Of a stretch of DNA of 30,086 bases, positions 6,471 to 15,568 are shown piece by piece. The notes beneath the pieces were generated by a model. The model had not been told where the DNA came from. It searched no databases and saw only the letters and a list, made by a program, of their open reading frames with translations. Numbering within the stretch: the first letter of the stretch is position 1; each line of letters starts with the position of its first letter. The stretch spans positions 1-30,086 of the forward strand of contig JAKSSZ010000001.1 in assembly GCA_024402835.1 (NCBI GenBank), in the 5' to 3' direction. Made by a program: the position numbers and the translations under genes. The DNA is from Alphaproteobacteria bacterium (GTDB lineage: Bacteria; Pseudomonadota; Alphaproteobacteria; Rs-D84).

Positions 6471-8489
6471 TTAGTATGGTAAGTCATCAAGTGTGACATT
6501 GTGACAATCGGCAGTATTACAGGTGTTTTCTGTCACGGTGTCACAACTGGAAACAGGTATGTAACGTTTGAAGGTATCATCAAAATCTGACAGATAATAC
6601 TTTCTGCTTCTGTCATCAACCCCTTCCCTGGTCTGCCTTGGAAATATTCCAAAAAACTTCAATTGGCGTGCCAGTGCACTTGGAGACATTTGGCGGCCTT
6701 TGTTCCATTCAGGCCAAGGGCTGGTTTCTATCTTGTTCAATTCTTCCACCAAATCATTAGAAGCCATCCACCCTTTTGGAACATTCTGTAATATACCCTT
6801 TATGTCTATTAACAATTGGACTCTCACAGAATTTTCATCGTTACTGCTGTCACTTTTAATCAATTTTAAAATAGCAGTTTCCAATCTGTCGTGCCATTCT
6901 GGGGATATTGCATCCGATATCGCAAACAGGATTTCAGATACATCAGCGGTTCTGTCATTTAATGCACTGGGGACATTTGGGGTACCGTCCACTATTTCTT
7001 GTTCGTGATCCATAATGAAGCGTTTGCATTTACTACGCAATTTGTTCATTTCCTGATGCACCTGCCGATAACGCAATTTTTCTATTTTGTCTGCGAGTGT
7101 CTTGCGTTTCATAGTGATTGTGAGGCTGCGATCTTTAACGGTTGTTGGTATATTTCCAATGGCAGCAATTGCACAGGGTGCAAAACAATCAAATAGCTTT
7201 GGTTTCATACTGCGACCATTTGTTTCGGTACACATAATTTTTTTACCACGTTGGAAACCAGAGTTCAGCACTTTGCACAATGTATCATTGTCATTGTCCA
7301 GATACCTATCTGCTTCATCAGCCAATAGTGTGATTGTGCCCTTTTGTATTGTGATCATTCTTGCCATAGATGGGCCTGTGATACTGGACACCTGTAGCGG
7401 TTTATAACACAGATATTCCAGTATATCCAAAAATGTGGTTTTTCCACATCTGGGTTCTGGGCTGTGAATAAACAACCTTGGTGTGAATACATAATCTCTC
7501 AAGATATATGTATGCAATATCCACATTACAGATACTTCCGCGGCACCGTCTGGCAGATACACATATTTTTTGATCGTGTTAACAAGATCGTTTGCCAGCG
7601 CAGTTCCATCAACCGGCTCTGGCCATGGTGTGACATCCGGCAACAAAAAATCTTCTTGATTGCTACCTGCCCCACGCCATTTTGCTGTAATTTGTGCCAA
7701 AGCCAAGTCAGAACCACTCAATTTGGTACCCGCTGAATTTACACGTACAAAAATCTCTGTTACTTCTTCATAAGACAAATTCTTTAATTCAACGATATCA
7801 AATACATCTTCGTTACTTAGAACATTCCTTAACGTTGTAAGTCTTGTGTTATATTTTTTTATATTAGGATCATCTAACTTGAAACCGTTTTCTTCTAAGA
7901 ATGTCAGATTATCTTTAGATTTGAAAAAGTCTTTCAAGGACACCCAATTCTTTTGACTATCAAAATTAGGATCTCCTGCAACCATAAATGTTCTGTCTTT
8001 ATTGTCTTTTACTTCATCCTCGTCTTCTTCCTCTTGATCATCGTCTGCATCCGTAACGGCTTCAATTACATTGTCATCAGGGATTTCTTGTTCAATAAGT
8101 CCTTCTGGATGATCAAGATTGAAAATAATATCAATTTCTTTTGTTTTTTTTCCTTTGCCCTTTACTTCTACTTTTTGACCAGTCAGCAATTTACACAATG
8201 AAGTCAATCTTTGCTGGCCGTCTAGTAACAACAAGTAATTTGATTGGTCTGACACCTCTGATTTTACGTTCAAATCAAAATCACGCGTTTGTATGTTTTC
8301 AAGATCCTTGCTATCTGGACGCCACATTAACAAACTACCCACCGGATAACCACGGTATAAAGAATCTATAAAATCACGAACTTTTGTTGCCTTCCATACA
8401 TAACCGCGTTGCATTTCTGGTAATCGAATACTTTGTTCCGCGGTAACCATCTTGACCAATTCATTTATGCTGTGTTTTATCCTTCCCAT
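6471..8489 (-). CDS. Chimeric protein: N-terminal DUF262 (GmrS/ParB-like) fused to a DUF3631-type P-loop replication protein
   Basis: aa 1-~275: LPEMQRGYVW, LLDGQQRLT, IFVRVNSAGTKL; after ~aa 280: PWPEPVDG, SPEPRCGKTT (Walker A), LLADEAD (Walker B), C-terminal PWPEWNKG..LARQLKFFGI. Confidence 0.8.
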   Translation of the reverse strand: MGRIKHSINELVKMVTAEQSIRLPEMQRGYVWKATKVRDFIDSLYRGYPVGSLLMWRPDSKDLENIQTRDFDLNVKSEVSDQSNYLLLLDGQQRLTSLCKLLTGQKVEVKGKGKKTKEIDIIFNLDHPEGLIEQEIPDDNVIEAVTDADDDQEEEDEDEVKDNKDRTFMVAGDPNFDSQKNWVSLKDFFKSKDNLTFLEENGFKLDDPNIKKYNTRLTTLRNVLSNEDVFDIVELKNLSYEEVTEIFVRVNSAGTKLSGSDLALAQITAKWRGAGSNQEDFLLPDVTPWPEPVDGTALANDLVNTIKKYVYLPDGAAEVSVMWILHTYILRDYVFTPRLFIHSPEPRCGKTTFLDILEYLCYKPLQVSSITGPSMARMITIQKGTITLLADEADRYLDNDNDTLCKVLNSGFQRGKKIMCTETNGRSMKPKLFDCFAPCAIAAIGNIPTTVKDRSLTITMKRKTLADKIEKLRYRQVHQEMNKLRSKCKRFIMDHEQEIVDGTPNVPSALNDRTADVSEILFAISDAISPEWHDRLETAILKLIKSDSSNDENSVRVQLLIDIKGILQNVPKGWMASNDLVEELNKIETSPWPEWNKGRQMSPSALARQLKFFGIFPRQTREGVDDRSRKYYLSDFDDTFKRYIPVSSCDTVTENTCNTADCHNVTLDDLPY
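6492..6545. repeat. Paired heptamers TGTGACA x2 facing TGTCAC(G/A) x2, ori-like inverted repeat
   Basis: 6492 and 6500 (TGTGACA), 6531 and 6539 (inverted); arms match at 13 of 15 nt. Confidence 0.7.
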
Positions 8490-8713
8490 AGTAAATACCT
8501 TTGTTTTATTTGCGTCTCGTAAGTATTATATCCTATAATTGCAGAAAAAACAACCCGTTATGACCAGCAAGGTTGTGATACTGCAAGATTTATGGGTAAG
8601 CAAGAATTGTACGAAACATCAATCTACGAAGCCCATCTGGACCTTTTACGCACCTGGTTCGGGGTTGAGTTTGTTCGAGGGTTAGATTTAAAAGATACCT
8701 TTTGTGCTTTTTA

Positions 8714-8742
8714 TTGACTTTTTGTATAAATTATGGTATAAT
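8714..8742 (+). promoter_or_regulatory. Near-consensus sigma70 promoter upstream of Panacea-toxin operon 2
   Basis: TTGACT-17 bp-TATAAT with extended -10 TG; a second TGtTATAAT has its -10 at 8846-8851. Confidence 0.7.
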
Positions 8743-8877
8743 ACCCAACATGAGCAGCAGGATGTTTTTTGTTGCTTTTTTTATTTTTTAGTTCTATTTT
8801 TCCAAAAAATCAATTTTATGCTTTTATAATCCTAGTAAGTTATGTTATAATTGCACTGAACCGAAAGAGAAAACATC

Positions 8878-9342
8878 ATGTGTCAGAAAACACGGCAACT
8901 TTTGGCGCTTATTTTGCGCGATGGTCCACGAGGAGTTACTAGTTTGTTAAAAATATCATATCTAATTGACCTGGCAGCTATTCGTAATATAGGGTATCAA
9001 ATATCAGAATTTAAATATATTCGTTGGAATTTTGGTCCGTTTGATAGCGCAATATACAAAAATCTAGAAAATATGCGAGAAGAAGGGATTATTTCTGCTG
9101 ATTCGCAATTTATTGGTACAGATGAACATGTAATTTACAAGCTTAAAGATCCAGATTTAGTCGCTGCAAATTCTTTGACGCCTCAAGAACAAGACCTTGT
9201 TACAGAAATGCCTCAGCATTTACAAGGTTTTGGGGCAAAAACCTTGACAGAAGTTGCATACAACAGAAAACCAATGACATCCATTGGTGCTAAGCTTGGT
9301 GGTACAGAACACATGGGCGAATTTTTAAATATGCATGCTTAA
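8878..9342 (+). CDS. Panacea (DUF4065/SocA-like) antitoxin domain protein
   Basis: LLKISYLID...YIRWNFGPFDSAIY is the DUF4065 signature. Confidence 0.85.
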   Translation: MCQKTRQLLALILRDGPRGVTSLLKISYLIDLAAIRNIGYQISEFKYIRWNFGPFDSAIYKNLENMREEGIISADSQFIGTDEHVIYKLKDPDLVAANSLTPQEQDLVTEMPQHLQGFGAKTLTEVAYNRKPMTSIGAKLGGTEHMGEFLNMHA

Positions 9343-9838
9343 TAAATTTGAATATTTTCAGCCATTTTGGTGTTACGTTGATGAACAATCCTTAGAAGAA
9401 TCTACAGGGGTTTGCAAACGCAAATATAAGCTATGTGTGGGGGTTATGCCTTTTATCAGCGAAGTTTTGTACTTCTTTGTGTCTACATCTAAAAACTCTA
9501 CCAACCCAAACCTGACCTTTTATGTCGATGAAAATGAATGGCTTAATTTGGTCGAGAAAGGCAAATACTTGAAAGGCAGAGCAAATTTTGATATAAGAAG
9601 GATTGTTAACGAAAGCAAGGATCTTTTAACCCAAAAATTTAAAGCCGGACAAATTGCTTGCGTTGCTCGCTTACCTGATATAAAAAAATTTTTTATAAAA
9701 CGGTGTTTTGATAATTTACACAAAAATCAGAATTTATCACCACATGAGCAAAAAAATCTAAAACAAATTGGGGATTTACTCCCTGATGCTATACTTTCGC
9801 AGGAAGCCCGTAGCTTTATTGCACATTTCAATATTTAA
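9335..9838 (+). CDS. Putative toxin, possibly PemK-like
   Basis: 8-nt overlap with the Panacea gene; KYKLCV...LYFFVST...YLKGRANFD pattern parallels 5651..6028. Confidence 0.5.
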   Translation: MLNKFEYFQPFWCYVDEQSLEESTGVCKRKYKLCVGVMPFISEVLYFFVSTSKNSTNPNLTFYVDENEWLNLVEKGKYLKGRANFDIRRIVNESKDLLTQKFKAGQIACVARLPDIKKFFIKRCFDNLHKNQNLSPHEQKNLKQIGDLLPDAILSQEARSFIAHFNI

Positions 9839-9839
9839 A

Positions 9840-10181
9840 TTATTTTCTAACTACATTTGTAACGGATGTATAATATGTATCGTTTTCACCACGGATGGTG
9901 CGCACAACGTAATCAACATCAAAATACTGATATGTACCGTCTTTTTCGTTATATTTGGTGACCAGTTTAGCAGAACAAGCACGACGTTGTGGCGTCACGT
10001 TGGTAAATACCTCCATTTCCACAACCTCTTCAAATCCAACTATATCCTTTTGATAGTTTTCTTTGGCTAGCTCTGTTAATAATTTTTTAACCGATGGACT
10101 CCAACATTCTGGCGCAGGTTCGGAACACCCAACCAGCGCAAACGAGATTAAACATAAAAACAATACACGCAATATTCTCAT
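9840..10181 (-). CDS. Putative lipoprotein (113 aa)
   Basis: MRILR basic N-region, hydrophobic core, lipobox LVG-C; SD AAGGA; start reassigned to 10181. Confidence 0.75.
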   Translation of the reverse strand: MRILRVLFLCLISFALVGCSEPAPECWSPSVKKLLTELAKENYQKDIVGFEEVVEMEVFTNVTPQRRACSAKLVTKYNEKDGTYQYFDVDYVVRTIRGENDTYYTSVTNVVRK

Positions 10182-10212
10182 TCCTTCACCTTTTATTTCA
10201 TAAAGCGCATGT

Positions 10213-13200
10213 CTATTCAAACACCTTATCCAATTCTGTTTCTATCGTCCCATTTTGGGCTGCAGGTAACGCATCATACTGTCTAAAATTGTGTTTTTTG
10301 ATGGTTATATCGCTATCAAATCCCAAAATATAGGCCGTTGAGATTTTATATATGATTTCCGTTGGGGCCAAACCGTATACTTGCTTTTCAAATATATGTT
10401 TCAATCTGGCTTTGTCATCTGGGAATAATTTACGCAGTTTCTTACTTTGATACAACCTTTTTACAATTTCGGTTATGTACATTCCAGATTTCATGTATAA
10501 GTCTATAAAGGTTTTATCCGGATTATCAAAACAACCTGGATTCTCTTGTTCCAGATAATCAACCATTTCTTTTACAACTTTCTTGGGTGTAAAGATTTGA
10601 TTGGTTTTCTGTGGTGGTATATAGTCAAAAATGTCTTCTTTGCTGGACTCGTCAAAATAATTCGCCAGTTTTGCTTTCAGATTCAAAAACTCTTTCACTG
10701 AATCATTAAAGACAACAGGATCAAACAAATGTCCTTCAAAATGCTTGGTTTCGCCTGTCTCAGAATCTGTATAATCACCACCATCACGCAAGAATCTGAA
10801 TTGATCTAAGGTAATACTGGTAACGTCTTGGAAAACATCATCTGGGATAATCTGATCGAAGTTTTCCAATGTTGTGTTCTCGTCCCCATAGGCCATAAGG
10901 AAAGATGGTATAGTTCTGGAAAATCCACGCAAATGGGCACGGACAGATTCTTCAATACCTTCTTTTTCTTTCTTGCGTTTTTCGGTTTCAACGGTTTTTA
11001 CTATGGTTTCACCGGCATTTTTTACAACCGTGTCCACACTACCTTTTACCGTATCTATAAATGTTTTATGAATCTTGTTTTTCTGAGAGTCATATTTGGC
11101 ATTAATTTTTGCTATTTCTGTTTTAGATGATGCCTCTGCTATTTCTTTATTTCGTTCTAATTCATTCTTGTTATTTTCTATTTGATATGCAGAATATGCC
11201 TTTATCAAAGCTGTATTTGCATCAGACGTAATTGCCCTGGATACTGCTTGTTGGGCACTTTTACTCATTTCAGTGCCGTATGACTCTTTTGCAGTTTCTA
11301 CCAAAGATGTTGTAACGGTATCAAAGGCTGCCTTGTACTTTGCAAATTCATCAGGCTCACCAGCTTTTTGTTGATTTATTTCGTCTACTGTATCTAATAA
11401 ATCTTGACTAAGCCCATATATTTTATCACCAAATACTTCCTGTGCCTGGCCAATAACTATATCTTGTGAAACTTCAACTTCGCCTTCGTCATTAATTGCC
11501 AGATTTTCTTTTATTTCTGGAGTTACCAATACTTGTTCTTTTGTTGGTTCCAGTTGCTTTATAACATCTATGATCTCTGTTGGTGCATTGAATATATTAC
11601 TTATGTTTTGGAACAAGAAATTACTCATAAACCCACGTCTAACGACCTCTTGCGAATGAATCTTGCGTGGGATGGACAATACTTTTTCCGCATCCAACGT
11701 TATCATTTCACCTTCTTCGTCTTCACCATATACAGGGAAAAAGTTCAATAATTCGTATACATGTTTCTTTCTTGCTGTAATATCACCTTTGCCAGAAGAA
11801 GTATCCGGGCTCAAGTTATTCGCAAATTGTTCTACTATGGTCAAAGTTCTTGCCGGATCAAAATCAAACACATATGCATTTTCTTTTCTATAAAAATCTT
11901 TATTTATTTTAAACAAACACGGGTTTTGTGCACGAAAAGCCGCTTGCATATATAGTGCTGGACTTTCAATATTACTTAGCATTAAAACGGCAGTCCATTC
12001 TGGCACAGTTATACCTGTTGTTAATTGTCCCACAGATAAAGTTATTGTTTTATCGTGTTCAGCAATTGCTTTTTTTACTCTATCCAAAGATCTTTTGTTT
12101 TCTTCATCATCATCTATTCTGCCATTGCCAGCCGCCAAGACAACTTCATATTCACCAAAAACCTCATGATCACGCAGTTTTTTAGCTAATGCTTTTGCAC
12201 TGTCAACACGATTTAATAACCAAAAAGTATGCCTTAATTCATCACGTAATTCTGGCGTAGAGAATGGAAACCTAGTTTGGTTGATCAACGCATCTAAAAA
12301 CTTGTCTACTGCCTCTTCATGCTTGAATCTACCATCAGAATTTGTGGCAAAAAATTCGTTCAAATCAAATGCGTACTCTTCATTTTGCCCATCATTATTA
12401 AAGTCTGCACCCGTTCTTGCTTTAGCTAATACTATTTCTGACATTTGATAGGTGTATAGATTTAATTGAGGCAAAGATTCATACGGATTTTCTATTCCTA
12501 GATTTTTAGAATTTTTATACCATTCTCTTTTTGCTTTCTGTTCATCTGCATAAGTCCAGTTGAATATAGCTTGTTCTTCAAACTTATTATTTGCCAAAGC
12601 TTTAAATGTTGTACCAGTCAAATGAAGAGTATATTTACGTTTTATTTGATCAAATGCTATATCAGTCTTATACGTATCTACACCTTCATGGGCTTCATCA
12701 ATCACTAATATATCCCATTCTAAATCTGCTATTTCTTTTAATTTATTATGTTTTCCTCCAAAGTAAATAGACCCTTTTAAATCTTGCAATGAAACGAACT
12801 CTATACAACCTTTATGGTTTGGCTCTGATAAATGTTTATTAATATATACTTCCCTACTCAATACATATTTTTTGCCCTTTAACTCGTCTACCTGACTAAC
12901 GAAATAGTATCCAGATTCTGTTCCCATAAACTTTACATAATCATCATACCAAGAATTTGCAATAGATGGCCTATTAGTAACAATTAATACTTTTTTTGCA
13001 CATAATTTTTTGCACAAATCATATGTAGATAATGTTTTTCCAAATCTTGGTTTACAATTCCACAAATACTCTGGTTCAGAGCTTTCTCCATTCGTTCTGA
13101 AATAATTATTTGCATAATTTACCGCTTTATATTGTTCTTCACGTAAATTATATGACATAGCAGAACTAGATTCATAAATACCCATGTTATCTCTAAATTT

Positions 13201-13557
13201 AATAAATCGCTCATGAGAATCTTGTGGACTTATAAAAAACCATTCCGTAAGTTCATTGTGTTTGTTGCCTTCTTGATCTGTATATTCATACGATTCTTGT
13301 TGAATATCATCTTTTACCAAATACGCATGAAAGGCTTTGTCATTAAAAGTTTTACCATTTTTAAACACAGCGTCTTCAACCCATTCTGTTATATGTCGTA
13401 CAGCAAGTGTTTGAATTTGTTCCCTAATACGTGTTTCTACTTCTCGTTCTGTATAACCTATCTTTGTCCAACCATTTTTTGATGGTATATCAGGAGTTGT
13501 ATAAGCATAACATTTTGGTTCAACTTTTTTACTGGTAGATATATTTAATTTTGTCAT
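10213..13557 (-). CDS. Restriction subunit: GIY-YIG(T5orf172-like) nuclease, SF2 helicase and C-terminal N-half of an amino-methyltransferase fold
   Basis: CYAYT..GWTKIGYT..TRIREQ..EWF; CKPRFGKT; IDEAH; QAAFRAQ; C-terminal QIFTP / FIDLYMKSGMYI / VYGLAPTE / NFRQYDAL. Confidence 0.85.
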   Translation of the reverse strand: MTKLNISTSKKVEPKCYAYTTPDIPSKNGWTKIGYTEREVETRIREQIQTLAVRHITEWVEDAVFKNGKTFNDKAFHAYLVKDDIQQESYEYTDQEGNKHNELTEWFFISPQDSHERFIKFRDNMGIYESSSAMSYNLREEQYKAVNYANNYFRTNGESSEPEYLWNCKPRFGKTLSTYDLCKKLCAKKVLIVTNRPSIANSWYDDYVKFMGTESGYYFVSQVDELKGKKYVLSREVYINKHLSEPNHKGCIEFVSLQDLKGSIYFGGKHNKLKEIADLEWDILVIDEAHEGVDTYKTDIAFDQIKRKYTLHLTGTTFKALANNKFEEQAIFNWTYADEQKAKREWYKNSKNLGIENPYESLPQLNLYTYQMSEIVLAKARTGADFNNDGQNEEYAFDLNEFFATNSDGRFKHEEAVDKFLDALINQTRFPFSTPELRDELRHTFWLLNRVDSAKALAKKLRDHEVFGEYEVVLAAGNGRIDDDEENKRSLDRVKKAIAEHDKTITLSVGQLTTGITVPEWTAVLMLSNIESPALYMQAAFRAQNPCLFKINKDFYRKENAYVFDFDPARTLTIVEQFANNLSPDTSSGKGDITARKKHVYELLNFFPVYGEDEEGEMITLDAEKVLSIPRKIHSQEVVRRGFMSNFLFQNISNIFNAPTEIIDVIKQLEPTKEQVLVTPEIKENLAINDEGEVEVSQDIVIGQAQEVFGDKIYGLSQDLLDTVDEINQQKAGEPDEFAKYKAAFDTVTTSLVETAKESYGTEMSKSAQQAVSRAITSDANTALIKAYSAYQIENNKNELERNKEIAEASSKTEIAKINAKYDSQKNKIHKTFIDTVKGSVDTVVKNAGETIVKTVETEKRKKEKEGIEESVRAHLRGFSRTIPSFLMAYGDENTTLENFDQIIPDDVFQDVTSITLDQFRFLRDGGDYTDSETGETKHFEGHLFDPVVFNDSVKEFLNLKAKLANYFDESSKEDIFDYIPPQKTNQIFTPKKVVKEMVDYLEQENPGCFDNPDKTFIDLYMKSGMYITEIVKRLYQSKKLRKLFPDDKARLKHIFEKQVYGLAPTEIIYKISTAYILGFDSDITIKKHNFRQYDALPAAQNGTIETELDKVFE

Positions 13558-14582
13558 TATGCCATCTCCCTTACATGTGTTTCAATAAACTCAATTTCAT
13601 CTTTATCCAATCCGTATTTTTTATAGAGTTGTAAATCTATTTCATGAATGGATTTTGACCAATCAATATCCGATTTATCTGTAAAATCTTGCAAAGGAAC
13701 ATATTTCCATACAGGTCTAGAATTACTTTGGGTTACTTTTAATATCCCCAACATAGCTCTACAAAATTTTGTTTTTATATATTTCATACAATTTATTGCT
13801 AGATTTTTATTGTTAAAATTACCAATTGATAAAAATGTTTGGGTGTGGCCAACAAGTGGTTCGCCAACAAGTGGTGTTGAAAGAACTTCCCCCAAAGCAC
13901 CAGATCCGTTAGCATTTGGAAGAAAAACTTTATAATTATTAAAATTATTTGGTGCAACAATATATCTTGCATCTATATACATATTAGCCCGTTCATTGTT
14001 TTTTCTACCAACAATACAAACTGAATTTGAAAATTTTTTTTCAAAGAAAATCATATTATATAAATTATCTAACACATTAGATTTTAAATCATATTTATGT
14101 CCCTTACTTAATAACGCTTCAATATCTGGGTGTTCTTTATGCATAAACTCTGTAAAATGATATGATTCTGCTGCGTATATAATTTCACACATATTTGTTT
14201 TAAATTTCGTTTTTACTTTGTTCAAAATAGAATTTAGCTCTTTAAACGATGTAAAAAAACCAATTTTTCCGTATTTAACTTTGCTGTTTCTACAAGTAAT
14301 AGCAATTCCACCTTTTATATCTGTATTTGCAAATATTTTTTTACTAGCAGGTTCATAATCAAGCACTTTAAAATATTCGTCTTCCAACATTTTTTTATTC
14401 CAAATTTTCGGTGTTGAACCAGCATCAAATAAAAATCTTGCGGGGTGGATCATTATTGTAAATTTAGATAATTGATATGCAGATTCTAAAAAATGGTTAT
14501 ATACTGGTGGTGCATAACTTTCATTTTTTCCAATTGTTGCTTCTTGGTACGGAGGGTTTCCTATACAAAAATCAAATTTCAT
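13557..14582 (-). CDS. Adenine methyltransferase C-terminal half (motif IV NPPY onward plus target-recognition domain), Eco57I-like
   Basis: Begins MKFDFCIGNPPYQE; IHPARFLF; ATGA overlap with the upstream gene and TAATG overlap with the downstream gene; start reassigned to 14582. Confidence 0.85.
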   Translation of the reverse strand: MKFDFCIGNPPYQEATIGKNESYAPPVYNHFLESAYQLSKFTIMIHPARFLFDAGSTPKIWNKKMLEDEYFKVLDYEPASKKIFANTDIKGGIAITCRNSKVKYGKIGFFTSFKELNSILNKVKTKFKTNMCEIIYAAESYHFTEFMHKEHPDIEALLSKGHKYDLKSNVLDNLYNMIFFEKKFSNSVCIVGRKNNERANMYIDARYIVAPNNFNNYKVFLPNANGSGALGEVLSTPLVGEPLVGHTQTFLSIGNFNNKNLAINCMKYIKTKFCRAMLGILKVTQSNSRPVWKYVPLQDFTDKSDIDWSKSIHEIDLQLYKKYGLDKDEIEFIETHVREMA

Positions 14583-15568
14583 TCTTGATCCTTTTTTATA
14601 TCTTTGAAATAAACTGGTCGGTTGTTTTCCCAATCCATAATACTACATGGCATGGACAGGGTTGTTTGTAATTCCGTTGTATCAAACAGGTTCCTGTTTG
14701 GGTTATCTATGGTGCCGGTTGGCGTGCAATCACTTAATCCATCCATTTGCCAGATGTTCCATGCGATTATTTGGGCTATCTTTTTTTGTTTTTGAATATT
14801 TGGTTCACTGCCAAATTTGAATTTATAATTATCAATAAATGTGTACAGCAGGTTTTCACGTGCCAGCAGCAAATTATCCCCCTGGTATTCATAACCGTAT
14901 GTGCTTTGATATGCTTTTACCACCCAATCAAACCAATACCGCTCTGAATTCATATTTTCATTGATAACACGCAATTTTCTGTCCAGTTGACCGATACGTT
15001 GTTCTATGGGTATTATTTTCCCATTTGTTGTGTCGTATGGTGATACCAGGTATGGGGCCTCGCCACATGTAATTTCCAGGCGTTTTGATAATACATATTT
15101 GTGCCATTGATTTGATCCGGATGGGAATATTGGTTCGTTTGTTGCCAGCCAGGTATGATCATCGTTAACGTTGTTGAAAACATTTGACCGCCCAAACCAT
15201 TCTTCGTCACAATAATTATTCATTTCATTGCATATCCATGATGGGGTAAAGACCTCGGCATGGGTGCGTGTGCGTTCTTTTTGATAACACTTTTCTTTCA
15301 AAATACGTGGTTGAATCAGGTTTTTGTTTTTATGTCTGGCAATCAAATCACGGGTAATTTGACACCCAGATTTATATTTACAACCATAACCAGAATAATC
15401 ATCACATGCCCACAGGATGTTTCGACCTGTGCTCTTGTCTTGCAACAATATATCCAAAATATCTTTATGTAAATCCCGTTCAATAATATCAATGGCAGCA
15501 ATATCACAATTAGCATCCATTTCTGGAATTTTACATTTTTTAATATTCTTTTGGTCAAGTACTGCCAC
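14579..15568 (-). CDS. Adenine methyltransferase N-terminal half (motifs X, I, II, III; SAM-binding)
   Basis: AEVFTP (X), LEITCGEAPYL (I), YGYEYQ (II), NIWQMDGL (III); no NPPY; GTG start. Confidence 0.8.
   Translation of the reverse strand: MAVLDQKNIKKCKIPEMDANCDIAAIDIIERDLHKDILDILLQDKSTGRNILWACDDYSGYGCKYKSGCQITRDLIARHKNKNLIQPRILKEKCYQKERTRTHAEVFTPSWICNEMNNYCDEEWFGRSNVFNNVNDDHTWLATNEPIFPSGSNQWHKYVLSKRLEITCGEAPYLVSPYDTTNGKIIPIEQRIGQLDRKLRVINENMNSERYWFDWVVKAYQSTYGYEYQGDNLLLARENLLYTFIDNYKFKFGSEPNIQKQKKIAQIIAWNIWQMDGLSDCTPTGTIDNPNRNLFDTTELQTTLSMPCSIMDWENNRPVYFKDIKKDQE

Noticed and set aside
8750-8791. 13-aa hydrophobic leader ORF (MSSRMFFVAFFIF) after the 8714 promoter
   Set aside because: No SD, and derived from T-rich low-complexity sequence; unsupported without ribosome profiling
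13848-13875. 13-bp direct repeat GCCAACAAGTGGT in the NPPY gene
   Set aside because: Explained by the repeated peptide PLVG-E-PLVG; in frame, with no sign of phase variation or inversion
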